DNA from: an uncultured Bacilli bacterium
GTDB lineage: Bacteria > Bacillota_I > Bacilli_A > RF39 > UBA660
Assembly (NCBI GenBank): GCA_910586195.1
Contig: CAJUHO010000001.1
Location: 38,933-102,932, forward strand
Reading direction: 5' to 3'
DNA length: 64,000 nucleotides
The position numbers and the translations under genes were made by a program. Below the pieces are notes generated by a model, which saw nothing but the letters and a program-made list of their open reading frames with translations, had not been told where the DNA came from and searched no databases. Every line of letters begins with the position of its first letter. Position 1 is the first letter of the stretch. This document shows, in pieces, positions 1 through 9,051 of this stretch.

Positions 1-59
1 TTTTTCTATAATTTGAGTATCTAAATATGATAAAATGGATATAGCCAGAGGTGATTTGT

Positions 60-791
60 GTGAATAAATATAGAGTTCTTATATTCGATTTGGACGATAC
101 ATTGATAGATAATTTAGAAAATACAAGATATGCTTATACTAAGATGGTGGAATCAGTTGGAAAAGAATATTCTGAAGATGGATTTGAAAAATGGTATGAA
201 GTAGATAGAAAATTTTGGAGAGATTGGCAAGATGGCCTGATAGAGTTGCCTACCCATTTAAAAAATGAAACAGGTAAAAAAAGTGAAGAATTTTTAAATT
301 GGTTAAGAGCACAAAGAGTTTTAATCTATTTTGATAATCAGATAAGTTTAGATGAGGCAATACAGTTAAATAATCTTTTTATGAATTCATTAACTGAAGT
401 TGTTGTTGCCATCGATGGTGCCTATGATATATTAAAATACTTAAAAGAAAAATATTATATTATTGTTGCTACTAATGGACCTTTCCTTGCAGTAGAAGAT
501 AAACTATCTAAGATAAATTGTTTGGATTTTGTAAATGAAGTTTTATCAGCTGAAATGTTTGGATATATGAAACCAAGAAAGGAATTTTTTGATGCTATTC
601 AAAATTTATTAAAGAATTATAACAATGATGAATATTTAATAATTGGTGATTCTCTTAAATCTGATGTTGGTTTTGCAATGAATTGTAAATTTGATAGTTG
701 TTGGTTTGATAGGAATAATGAAAAATTAACTGAACCTTATAAGCCAACCATGATAATTAAGAAGTTAAAAGAATTAAAAAAAATATTGTAG
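60..791 (+). CDS. HAD-superfamily hydrolase (subfamily IA, phosphatase/nucleotidase-like)
   Basis: ORF 51..791. It has the N-terminal DxDxT motif (FDLDDTL), then ATNGP and GDSLKSD motifs typical of the HAD fold. Start moved to the in-frame GTG at 60, 5 nt after AGAGGTGA. Confidence 0.8.
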   Translation: MNKYRVLIFDLDDTLIDNLENTRYAYTKMVESVGKEYSEDGFEKWYEVDRKFWRDWQDGLIELPTHLKNETGKKSEEFLNWLRAQRVLIYFDNQISLDEAIQLNNLFMNSLTEVVVAIDGAYDILKYLKEKYYIIVATNGPFLAVEDKLSKINCLDFVNEVLSAEMFGYMKPRKEFFDAIQNLLKNYNNDEYLIIGDSLKSDVGFAMNCKFDSCWFDRNNEKLTEPYKPTMIIKKLKELKKIL

Positions 792-918
792 AACTTGAGC
801 TTCTTTGTTTTCTGATTGATAAGTTTAGAATGATTTTGGAAAATATTTCCAAAAAATAATAGAAATTAGATAATCAAATGGTTTTAAAAGTACTTTTTTT
901 CATAATAAAAACAACATC

Positions 919-1158
919 CTAATTTTCACTAGAACTGTTGTTTTTTACTCTTTTTTCTACACTTGCTTTGATAATATCAAGCATTTTATTTTTCATCTCC
1001 TGATCGGCACCTTCCCAGATAAGTTCTAAGAAAACTCCCATACCAGGTAATGTTACTTCGTCTCCTTCTGCAATAGATTCTTCGATAGCACTACGTAGTT
1101 GGTCGTAATTATCCCCCTGAAAATTATTAATAATATGATCTCTGATACTAATATCCAT
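919..1158 (-). CDS. sspI: small acid-soluble spore protein SspI
   Basis: 79-aa ORF. MDISIRDHI...TLPGMGVFLELIW parallels Bacillus SspI as I recall it (MDLNLRHAV...MLPGLGVLFEVIW). Confidence 0.75.
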   Translation of the reverse strand: MDISIRDHIINNFQGDNYDQLRSAIEESIAEGDEVTLPGMGVFLELIWEGADQEMKNKMLDIIKASVEKRVKNNSSSEN

Positions 1159-1265
1159 AAATATCTTCCTCCTAAAAATAGTTTACATAGATTTAAAAAA
1201 AATATACATTTTACTTTTCAAATAACTACTTTTAGCGTATACTTATCATAAAAGGAGGAATCAGA

Positions 1266-1823
1266 ATGCCAATATGGTTAATTGTCATTATCGTAATTGT
1301 TGTATTAATTTTATTATGGGCTTTTTCAACTTATAATTCTCTTGTTGTTTTAAGAAATAGAGTAAAAGATCAATGGGCACAAATTGATGTACAGCTAAAA
1401 AGAAGAGCAGATTTAATACCAAATTTAGTTGAGACGATTAAAGGTTATGCCAAGCATGAAAAGTCAACACTTGAAGATGTCGTAAAAGCACGTAATACAT
1501 TTGCTAGTGCTAAGACGCCAGAAGATGAAATGAAAGCAAGTGGAGAATTAACACAAGCATTGTCTAGATTAATGGTTTTGAGTGAATCATATCCAGAATT
1601 AAAAGCAAATCAAAACTTTTTAAGTCTACAAAATGATTTAAAAGATTGTGAAGATAAAATTAGTACTATGAGACAATTCTATAATGATACAGTATTAAAA
1701 TATAACAATAAGATTGAAGTAATTCCATCTAATATTATTGCGAGTATTGCACACTTTAAAAAAGAGGCGTTTTTTGAAGCGACAGGGGAAGAGAGAAATG
1801 TTCCCAAAGTATCATTTGAATAA
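1266..1823 (+). CDS. lemA: LemA family membrane protein
   Basis: Single N-terminal TM segment, then a LemA-like pattern (NSLVVLRNRVKDQWAQIDVQLKRRADLIPNLV ... QFYND). RBS AAGGAGGA upstream. Confidence 0.85.
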   Translation: MPIWLIVIIVIVVLILLWAFSTYNSLVVLRNRVKDQWAQIDVQLKRRADLIPNLVETIKGYAKHEKSTLEDVVKARNTFASAKTPEDEMKASGELTQALSRLMVLSESYPELKANQNFLSLQNDLKDCEDKISTMRQFYNDTVLKYNNKIEVIPSNIIASIAHFKKEAFFEATGEERNVPKVSFE

Positions 1824-1828
1824 ATAAA

Positions 1829-1855
1829 ATGCACTTAAAAAAGTGTATTTTTCTC
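1829..1855 (+). terminator. intrinsic terminator after lemA
   Basis: Stem ATGCACTT/AAGTGTAT, loop AAAA, followed by TTTTTC. Confidence 0.55.
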
Positions 1856-1908
1856 TTATATAAATTGATATAATTAAAATAGGTACTAGTTTAAAAGGAG
1901 TTGAGTGT

Positions 1909-3804
1909 ATGATGAAAAAGATAATAGTTGTATTATTTCTCTTTATTTTATTAAATCCAGTTGTTGTTTTTGCAAAAGAGGGAACGAAGAAGATGTATAT
2001 AAAGATGACTATAGAAGAAAATGGCTCTGTTAAAGTGGAAGAGCTAGCAGAACTATCAGGAAAATATAATGGACGTCTTCGTGATATTGCGTATAGAAAT
2101 GAAAATGCAAAGCTATTTACTGGAAGTTATGAGGGCTTTAAGGGGAGCAGTATTTATAATGGTAGTGGTATTTCTGATGTGAAAGTATGTGAGACTGCAT
2201 CTTATAATATTAGTGAAGATGATTTTGGAAAGTGTGCAAGGGAGTATAAAACTGTAAGTTATGCCAATAATGGAACTTCCGGTGTCTATCAAAGAACAGA
2301 TACGAAAAATGGGGTTAATTTAAAAATATATAATCCTTCTTCTACTCATAAATCTTTTTATTTGTCTTATACAATATTGGATGCTGTTGTCATGCATAAT
2401 GATGTGGCAGAGCTTGCTTGGAATATTTTAGGAGATGCTTATACTGAAAATATAGAAGAGTTGAAGGTATGGGTTAGTTTGCCTAAGGCGGATAATGACT
2501 TACGAGTGTGGCTTAAAGGAGGCAAAAACACTTTAAATGGAAAAATAGAAAATATAAAAAATAAGACTGCTTATATTTATTTTGACTTTTTGGGAGCTTA
2601 TAATCCAATTACGGTTAGGATGATGTTTAACAAAAGTATTACGCCTTTATCTACGAAGTTAAGTGGTGTAAATGGAAAAGATAACATTCTAAAAGTGGAA
2701 GAGGAAGCTGCAACAGAAGCCAATAAAGTTCGTGATAGAATTAAAAGACAAAATTATTTGGTTATGACACTTACCGTGATATGGTATCTAAGTGCTGTTA
2801 TCATCCTGATTTTATTTATTAGGGCAAAGAAGAAAAATGGCAAATCCTCTTTTGAGCAAGATTATTTAAGAGACCTTCCAGCAGAATATGGACCAGAAAT
2901 TTTAGAATATTTGATGAAAAATCATGTTAGTGATTTAGGTATGTCTGCTTCTTTATTAAATATTATTGATAAGAAAGTATTAGCCGTATCAGAAAATCCT
3001 GACGAAAATAAGGATTATTATTTAACATTAGAAGATAAAGAGATGAATGGTTTAACTCCAAATGAAAAAAGATTGTGCAAACTGTTTATTGAACAGATTG
3101 GAAATGGAGAGAAAGTTTCTTTATCAGAAATTAAAAATTATGGAAACGATGCTAAGAAAGCCTCTATTTTATTAAGGGAGTATAATATTTGGAAGACAAA
3201 TGCTAATATGGAGGGAAAAGAGGAAGGCTTTTTTACGGGCTTACAACCTATACAAAATGCCTCTTTGATTATCGGCGTATTATCGATTGGTATTATCGTA
3301 TTAAATATTTCATTTGAGACCAATTTTATTCCAGGATTTTTAGTTGTTATTTTTGGAGTTTTCCTATGCTTATATATCCTAAGTTATTCCTTTAAAACAG
3401 AAAAAGGTGCTCTTGATTATAGCAAATGGTTGGCGTTTAAAAGATTTTTGAAAGATTTTGGATTATTACATGAAAAAGAATTACCAGAGATTAAGCTATG
3501 GGGAAAATATTTGACTTATGCAACGGTACTCGGTTGTGCAGATGAAGTGGAAAAAGCAATGAAGATTCATATGGATGCGATGAATATTGATGAGAGTAGT
3601 GCTTTTTATTGGGATTACTATTATACGAATCATCTTATGCGTGCACATATTTATTCTTCTATTTCCTCATCAATTGCTTCCTCAGTTTCAGCGTCACGTT
3701 CCTCTATTGCTTCTAGTTCCTCTGCATCAGGTGATGGCTTCGGTGGCGGCAGTTCATTCGGAGGAGGTTCCTTTGGTGGAGGTGGCGGCGGTGGCCGTTT
3801 CTAA
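1909..3804 (+). CDS. DUF2207-like membrane protein (LemA partner)
   Basis: Signal peptide, large extracytoplasmic domain, several TM segments, and a Ser/Gly-rich tail ending GGGSFGGGGGGGRF. Adjacency of LemA and DUF2207 is a common pairing. Confidence 0.7.
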   Translation: MMKKIIVVLFLFILLNPVVVFAKEGTKKMYIKMTIEENGSVKVEELAELSGKYNGRLRDIAYRNENAKLFTGSYEGFKGSSIYNGSGISDVKVCETASYNISEDDFGKCAREYKTVSYANNGTSGVYQRTDTKNGVNLKIYNPSSTHKSFYLSYTILDAVVMHNDVAELAWNILGDAYTENIEELKVWVSLPKADNDLRVWLKGGKNTLNGKIENIKNKTAYIYFDFLGAYNPITVRMMFNKSITPLSTKLSGVNGKDNILKVEEEAATEANKVRDRIKRQNYLVMTLTVIWYLSAVIILILFIRAKKKNGKSSFEQDYLRDLPAEYGPEILEYLMKNHVSDLGMSASLLNIIDKKVLAVSENPDENKDYYLTLEDKEMNGLTPNEKRLCKLFIEQIGNGEKVSLSEIKNYGNDAKKASILLREYNIWKTNANMEGKEEGFFTGLQPIQNASLIIGVLSIGIIVLNISFETNFIPGFLVVIFGVFLCLYILSYSFKTEKGALDYSKWLAFKRFLKDFGLLHEKELPEIKLWGKYLTYATVLGCADEVEKAMKIHMDAMNIDESSAFYWDYYYTNHLMRAHIYSSISSSIASSVSASRSSIASSSSASGDGFGGGSSFGGGSFGGGGGGGRF

Positions 3805-3815
3805 AAAAGTTGTCA

Positions 3816-3849
3816 GAAGGAAAAGCTCAGTCTTTTCTTTTCTTTTTTT
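3816..3849 (+). terminator. intrinsic terminator after the DUF2207 gene
   Basis: Stem GAAAAG/CTTTTC, extendable with A-T and G-U pairs, loop CTCAGT, then a T-rich run. Confidence 0.55.
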
Positions 3850-3877
3850 ATGTTGTAAAATAATAGTGGTGATGTAG

Positions 3878-4516
3878 ATGCATTTTAGAATAGATGGTCA
3901 TGATTACTTAGTGGTAATTGATAAAAAAAGAACAACACGAAATACCTATATTCGCATTAAGGATGATTTTACGATTTATGTTACGACTAATACATTTACG
4001 TCTACAAGAAGCATAGAGGACTTATTAAAACAGAAACAGGATACTATTTGCAAGATGATAGAGGCACAGCGTATAAAAAATGAAAACAATCATGATTTTC
4101 ACTTTTTAGGAAAACGCTATGAAATTGTTTATACAAATGAAAATAAAATTATATTTGGAGAGAAAAAGGTTTTCTTAGATAAAAATGTAGATTTAGAAAA
4201 GTTTTATAAAAAAGAGGCTAAAAAAGTATTTTTAGAGCATTTGGATCGAATGTATGAAAACTTTTCAAAACAAATTCCATATCCTAATTTACGTATTAGA
4301 AAAATGAGTAGTAGATGGGGTGTTTGCAATACCAAATTAAAAACGATTACTTTGAATTCAGAACTTATGAAAAGAGATGTAAAATATTTAGATTATGTGA
4401 TTATTCATGAATTATCTCATTTAATTCATGCCAATCATTCAAATTCGTTTTGGGAGTTAGTAGAAGAAAATTGTCCTAATTATAAACAAATAAGAAAAGA
4501 AATGAAAGCATTTTAG
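3878..4516 (+). CDS. YgjP/DUF45-type (M48-like) metal-dependent hydrolase
   Basis: HExxH motif (IIHELSHLIHANHS) near the C-terminus of a ~210-aa protein, which is the typical size and architecture of this family. Confidence 0.7.
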   Translation: MHFRIDGHDYLVVIDKKRTTRNTYIRIKDDFTIYVTTNTFTSTRSIEDLLKQKQDTICKMIEAQRIKNENNHDFHFLGKRYEIVYTNENKIIFGEKKVFLDKNVDLEKFYKKEAKKVFLEHLDRMYENFSKQIPYPNLRIRKMSSRWGVCNTKLKTITLNSELMKRDVKYLDYVIIHELSHLIHANHSNSFWELVEENCPNYKQIRKEMKAF

Positions 4517-4525
4517 AGGTGTGAT

Positions 4526-5260
4526 ATGTTAATTACTAGTATTGATAATCCAAAAGTAAAAGAGTATGTGAAACTGCAACAGAAAAAATATCGAGATAAA
4601 TCTAATAAATTTATTGTAGAAGGGATGCATCTGGTTTTAGAGGCTTATAAAAAAGGGATTGTAGAAGAAGTGATTTTAGAGCAAGATGAAGTGTTACCTT
4701 TGGATATTCCTATGGTATATGTTACAAAAGAAATTATTTGCAAAATTTCAACGTTAGATCATCCTGTCAATATTTTAGCTTTATGTCATAAGATTCCAGA
4801 GCAAGAGCAATTAGGAAAAAGAGTATTATTATTGGATGATATTCAAGATCCTGGGAATCTGGGGACTGTCATACGTAGTGCTGTTGCTTTTGATATTGAT
4901 ACGGTTGTTTTATCGGAAAAGACCGTAGATTTATATAACCCAAAAGTTGTAAGAGCAACACAGGGGATGTTATTTCACATTAATGTTATAAGAGAAGATT
5001 TAAAAGTGATAATAGAGAAATTAAAAAAAGAACAAATTCCTATTTATGGTACGAGAGTAGAATATGGGGATGATGTTCGGAAAATTCGTAATCATGACTC
5101 CTATGCCTTGGTGGTTGGAAATGAAGGGCAGGGGGTAAGTGATGACATTGAACAGCTGTGTGATGCTAATTTATTTATTGAAATGAATAGTGATGTAGAA
5201 AGCTTAAATGTGGGAGTGGCAACTAGTATTTTGCTCTATGAATTGCGAGGCGTAAAATGA
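4526..5260 (+). CDS. TrmH/SpoU-family RNA 2'-O-methyltransferase
   Basis: SpoU motifs LLLDDIQDPGNLGTVIRSA, ALVVGNEGQGVS and LNVGVATSILLYE. Confidence 0.8.
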   Translation: MLITSIDNPKVKEYVKLQQKKYRDKSNKFIVEGMHLVLEAYKKGIVEEVILEQDEVLPLDIPMVYVTKEIICKISTLDHPVNILALCHKIPEQEQLGKRVLLLDDIQDPGNLGTVIRSAVAFDIDTVVLSEKTVDLYNPKVVRATQGMLFHINVIREDLKVIIEKLKKEQIPIYGTRVEYGDDVRKIRNHDSYALVVGNEGQGVSDDIEQLCDANLFIEMNSDVESLNVGVATSILLYELRGVK

Positions 5261-5745
5261 TGGAAAAAGTATACATTGGTAAAATAGTCTCTACTCATGG
5301 GATTAAAGGAGAAATTCGTATTATTTCTGATTTTCCATATAAAGAAAAAGCTTTTAAAGTAGGAACAGATATTTTAATAAATAATCGTGAATACACTATT
5401 ACAAGTTATAGAAGGCATAAAAACTATGATATGATAACATTAAAAGATTATACAAATATTAATGATGTAATGTTTCTGATGAGACAAAGTGTATACAAGG
5501 AAAAGTCTAAACTTTATTTAGAAGAAGATGAGATACTAGATTCTGAATTAATGAATTACAAGGTGTTATCAGAAGGTGGACAGCAGGGAGAAATTTGTGA
5601 AATCTTTTTTGCAAGTCCTACTAATAAAATTTTAAGAGTAAAATTTATTGATAAAGAAATTTTGATTCCCTTTTTTTCACCACTTATTAAAAAGGTGGAT
5701 TATAAAAATAAAGAAATTATTGTTGAAGTAATAGAAGGAATGTAG
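5257..5745 (+). CDS. rimM: 16S rRNA processing protein RimM
   Basis: N-terminal IGKIVSTHGIKGEIRI signature. Lies directly upstream of trmD and has a 4-nt overlap with the upstream gene. Confidence 0.85.
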   Translation: MMEKVYIGKIVSTHGIKGEIRIISDFPYKEKAFKVGTDILINNREYTITSYRRHKNYDMITLKDYTNINDVMFLMRQSVYKEKSKLYLEEDEILDSELMNYKVLSEGGQQGEICEIFFASPTNKILRVKFIDKEILIPFFSPLIKKVDYKNKEIIVEVIEGM

Positions 5746-5753
5746 ATAAGAAA

Positions 5754-6437
5754 ATGAAGATAGATATTTTAAGCCTTTTTCCCGATATATTTTCTAGTGT
5801 TTTTGAAGAATCTATTATAAAGCGAGCGAAAGAGTTAGGGAAGGTAGAAATCCGTATAGTTAATTTTAGAGATTATTCTAAAGATCCTCATCATAAAGTA
5901 GATGATACACCTTATGGAGGAGGTCAGGGCATGGTTTTATGTTGTCAACCAATCTTTGATTGTGTGAATGCTATTAAAACCACTGAAAGTAAAGTTATTT
6001 TGTTAACACCAGATGGTGCTGTTTATAAGCAGTCTCTTGCATATGATTTAAGCCGTGAAAAACATTTAATTATTATTTGTGGACATTATGAGGGCTTTGA
6101 TGAACGTATTCGGACTTTAGTAGATTTAGAAGTTAGTATTGGGGACTATATATTAACAGGTGGAGAATTTGCCAGTATGGTGTTAGTAGACTCCATTGTT
6201 AGACTGTTACCAGGAGTTATTAAGGAAGAGTCACACTTGCAGGAATCTTTTCATAATAATTTATTAGATTATCCAGTGTATACAAAACCTAGAGTTTATG
6301 AAGGGTTAGAAGTACCAGAAGTTTTAGTAAATGGTGATCATAAGAAAATTGATGAGTATCGCGAGAGGATGAGTGTTGAAAGAACAAAAAAAAGACGTCC
6401 TGATTTATGGAGTGAGGAGAGGTATGATGAATTATAG
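5754..6437 (+). CDS. trmD: tRNA (guanine37-N1)-methyltransferase
   Basis: MKIDILSLFPDIF, YGGGQGMVL and ICGHYEGFDERI motifs. Confidence 0.95.
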   Translation: MKIDILSLFPDIFSSVFEESIIKRAKELGKVEIRIVNFRDYSKDPHHKVDDTPYGGGQGMVLCCQPIFDCVNAIKTTESKVILLTPDGAVYKQSLAYDLSREKHLIIICGHYEGFDERIRTLVDLEVSIGDYILTGGEFASMVLVDSIVRLLPGVIKEESHLQESFHNNLLDYPVYTKPRVYEGLEVPEVLVNGDHKKIDEYRERMSVERTKKRRPDLWSEERYDEL

Positions 6438-6867
6438 AATAAAAAAGAAAAATGATAGAAGTAAAAATCGATATAAAATAAAAGATTTAAAAGGCTACTC
6501 TCTTGCTGGAGAAAGTCATAAGTTCAGGATTGAGGGGACGGAAATTTTAAATATCATTGTTCTAGATTCTAAGTTAATTCAAGTGCTAGTGTCTAAAAAG
6601 GTAAAAGTAAGATATGACCAATTGATTAGATATTTGACGAATTTACTTACTGTTGTAGAAGATGATACAGGAACTTGTTGTCAAGAAGCATTAAATATGA
6701 TTGAAAAATTTCGTTTAGAAATTAAAAATAAATATCGAAATTATTTAAGTGAAAAAGAATTGAAAGAGATGGCGAATCAGCTAAAAGTAATGCAAAAAGT
6801 AGCATTAGAGAAGGAAATGGAGATTAAAAACTTTTTAGCAGAGGAGTATATGGGTAAATCAAGATAG
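6424..6867 (+). CDS. hypothetical basic protein
   Basis: ORF 6373..6867. Start placed at ATG 6424 after GAGGAG, overlapping the trmD stop. No recognisable motifs. Confidence 0.45.
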   Translation: MMNYRIKKKNDRSKNRYKIKDLKGYSLAGESHKFRIEGTEILNIIVLDSKLIQVLVSKKVKVRYDQLIRYLTNLLTVVEDDTGTCCQEALNMIEKFRLEIKNKYRNYLSEKELKEMANQLKVMQKVALEKEMEIKNFLAEEYMGKSR

Positions 6868-7018
6868 AAATTATTCTAAATTTTTAAAACGTAATCTTGC
6901 GTTTTTTTATATGATGGGGATATTCAAATACACAGTTTTTTTGATATATGATGGGAAATGATACTTCAAGTGGAGGTAAGTATTTGGGAGACAAGTATAA
7001 CAATAAACGCAGCTTACA

Positions 7019-7345
7019 TTATTTTTTATCTATATTCAATTTATCGCCAATCTTTAAGGACATGGTGCTATTTACAGGCAAAACAAATGTATAATATACT
7101 TTACGTTTAAAAAAAATTCTCTTTTCACTTCGTAGTTTTGGATAAAGATATAATATTTTATAATTTTTATCTGTCATGACTACATCTACTGGTTGGCAAT
7201 AAAAATAAGTACTAAAGTATCTTTTTTTAGGATAGCAAAGTCCTGTTGTAATTGTTTCAAGGCGCCATGTATAGCCCTTTATTCGTTCCCATTTCTTTGT
7301 TAAAACTTCTATAGGTATTCTTTTTTTATTGATAATTACTTTCAT
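7019..7345 (-). CDS. DUF192-like small protein
   Basis: 108-aa ORF whose size and pattern (PIEV....R.KG ... DVVM.D......L) resemble DUF192/COG1430. Assigned from memory only. Confidence 0.45.
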   Translation of the reverse strand: MKVIINKKRIPIEVLTKKWERIKGYTWRLETITTGLCYPKKRYFSTYFYCQPVDVVMTDKNYKILYLYPKLRSEKRIFFKRKVYYTFVLPVNSTMSLKIGDKLNIDKK

Positions 7346-7407
7346 ATAAATTCACTCTCTTCTTTAATTTTAGAATACCAACTTTTTTAAAATATTGCAA
7401 ATAACTA

Positions 7408-7436
7408 TTGCAAAATATAGTCTTTTGTGATAAAAT
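7408..7436 (+). promoter_or_regulatory. sigma-A-type promoter for the sigma-factor gene
   Basis: TTGCAA at 7408-7413, a 17-nt spacer, and TAAAAT at 7431-7436 with an upstream TG (extended -10). ATTGCAAA occurs twice, at 7394-7401 and 7407-7414. Confidence 0.5.
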
Positions 7437-7463
7437 ATGCACTGCCAATAAAGGGGTGAGTTT

Positions 7464-8762
7464 ATGGAAAATAAAGAAGTAAATAATAAGCAAAAAGAAG
7501 AAAGAGGGAAAGTTTTCAGCCTTATTGACGGGAATTTAGCAGTAGGTGGAGAAGGAAGTGCTGTAATTGATGAAAATTTATTAATTTTAGATAGGTTGAT
7601 GGATTTATTTCAAAAATTAGATTTACCGCTAGAGATGTCGTTTCTTTCTAATCTTATAAATGATTGGCCTACTTTAAATATTATTGTAGAAAATGTTATT
7701 GAAAAAAACATAAATAAAGTTAGGGCGGGTAATTTAGAAAGTATTTCGTCAAACTGGAGAACCAGAGTATTACTAGAAGCATATTGTGAATTACATGGTA
7801 TAGAGGGATATGATGTTGACCAAGCTCCAGCCTATGATTATTTACTGAGTGCACCACATGATATTATGGCTCAAACACTTCCAGCACTAGAGAAAAGTGA
7901 AGTCAATGCTTTAATTAAGCAGTATCTGGAGGGAAATAAAAAGGCAGGAGAAAAATTAATTCGCTCTCATTTAACCTTGGTTGATCATATTGCAGGAAGG
8001 TATCAAGGTAGAGGACATGACTATGAGGATTTAATTCAAAATGGGTGTGTAGGTTTATTAAAGGCAATAGAGAAATTTGATTTTGAAAGAGAAAAGAGTC
8101 TTACTACTATTGCATATATTGAAATAAAACATGAAGTTGTTCGTCAATTAAATAAAAACGGTAAGCTTACCAAAATTCCCGATGGTACCAACGATATAAT
8201 TAAAAAGATAAAAAAATATAAGGAGGTAATTTCTCAAATTCAGGAGGAAATGGACAGGATGCCAAGCATACAAGAAATTGCTAATAGATTACAAATGACT
8301 ACTAAGGAAGTAGGACAATTACAGTTTTTGTCTACTAATTTCCTTAGTATAAACGAACAAGCCTACCTTTCTACAAAGGATCAGGAAGATTGTGAACTTG
8401 GAGATTTGATTTGTAATGAGGAAATTTCGATGGAGGAAGAAGTAATTAGAAATGTAATGCAGAAGGAAGTACAGCAATTATTTCAGGCTTGTGAATTATC
8501 TGAATATCAGAGAAATATTCTAAATTTACGTTTTGGACTAGATGGTAATCCTATTTTTACACAACGAAAACTTGCTGAAAAGTACAATGTTTCTCAAGCT
8601 TCAATATATCAAAATGAAAAAAAGGCTCTTAATAAATTGAGAAGAATGAAAAATGTTGCTTGTTTTGCCAATTATATGGATAATCCAGATGCTAGTTTAG
8701 AATTTCTTAAAAATAGTCGTTATCAAGGGATAAAGGATAAAGCAAAAGTTAAGACTAAATAG
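7464..8762 (+). CDS. sigma-70 family RNA polymerase sigma factor (divergent RpoD-like paralog with an N-terminal extension)
   Basis: Region 2 is DLIQNGCVGLLKAIEKFD. Region 4.2 is LNLRFGLDGNPIFTQRKLAEKYNVSQASIYQNEKKALNKLRR. About 160 aa of unrecognised N-terminal sequence precede them. Confidence 0.75.
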   Translation: MENKEVNNKQKEERGKVFSLIDGNLAVGGEGSAVIDENLLILDRLMDLFQKLDLPLEMSFLSNLINDWPTLNIIVENVIEKNINKVRAGNLESISSNWRTRVLLEAYCELHGIEGYDVDQAPAYDYLLSAPHDIMAQTLPALEKSEVNALIKQYLEGNKKAGEKLIRSHLTLVDHIAGRYQGRGHDYEDLIQNGCVGLLKAIEKFDFEREKSLTTIAYIEIKHEVVRQLNKNGKLTKIPDGTNDIIKKIKKYKEVISQIQEEMDRMPSIQEIANRLQMTTKEVGQLQFLSTNFLSINEQAYLSTKDQEDCELGDLICNEEISMEEEVIRNVMQKEVQQLFQACELSEYQRNILNLRFGLDGNPIFTQRKLAEKYNVSQASIYQNEKKALNKLRRMKNVACFANYMDNPDASLEFLKNSRYQGIKDKAKVKTK

Positions 8763-8956
8763 TATGGATGTGTTTGCTTTAGTTTGGGCTAACATCTGAG
8801 GCGGCAAATTCCACTTTTTGTGGCACTAGCCATAATAGGGGAAGAATAGAGGATTCGTTATCCGATGAAAATCACTATTCCTCACGAAGGTCTGAATTAT
8901 TTCAAAATCTTTATTATGATGGAAGATTTAGGCAGGGTGTAATATTTGAAAAAGGT

Positions 8957-8990
8957 AGCAAAATATTTGATTTTGTTGCTTTTTATTTTT
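8957..8990 (+). terminator. weak AT-rich intrinsic terminator
   Basis: Stem AGCAAAA / TTTTGTTGCT with one bulge, then TTTTTATTTTT. Confidence 0.4.
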
Positions 8991-9051
8991 ATACTAGCAA
9001 AATGAAGTGACATGTGATATTATAATAGGGAATTATAAAGGAGGTAAAACT

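Noticed and set aside
834-856. Palindromic hairpin TTTGGAAAATATTTCCAAA between the HAD gene and sspI, considered as a terminator
   Set aside because: No U-tract follows it on either strand, so the evidence is too weak to call a terminator.
3587-3877. 96-aa + strand ORF overlapping the 3' end of the DUF2207 gene in another frame
   Set aside because: It lies inside the Ser/Gly-rich low-complexity tail of a well-supported gene and runs through that gene's terminator. It has no RBS. It is a shadow ORF.
8866-8941. 24-codon ORF (MKITIPHEGLNYFKIFIMMEDLGRV) in the sigma-yebC spacer
   Set aside because: It has no Shine-Dalgarno sequence upstream. The region is better treated as candidate non-coding RNA.
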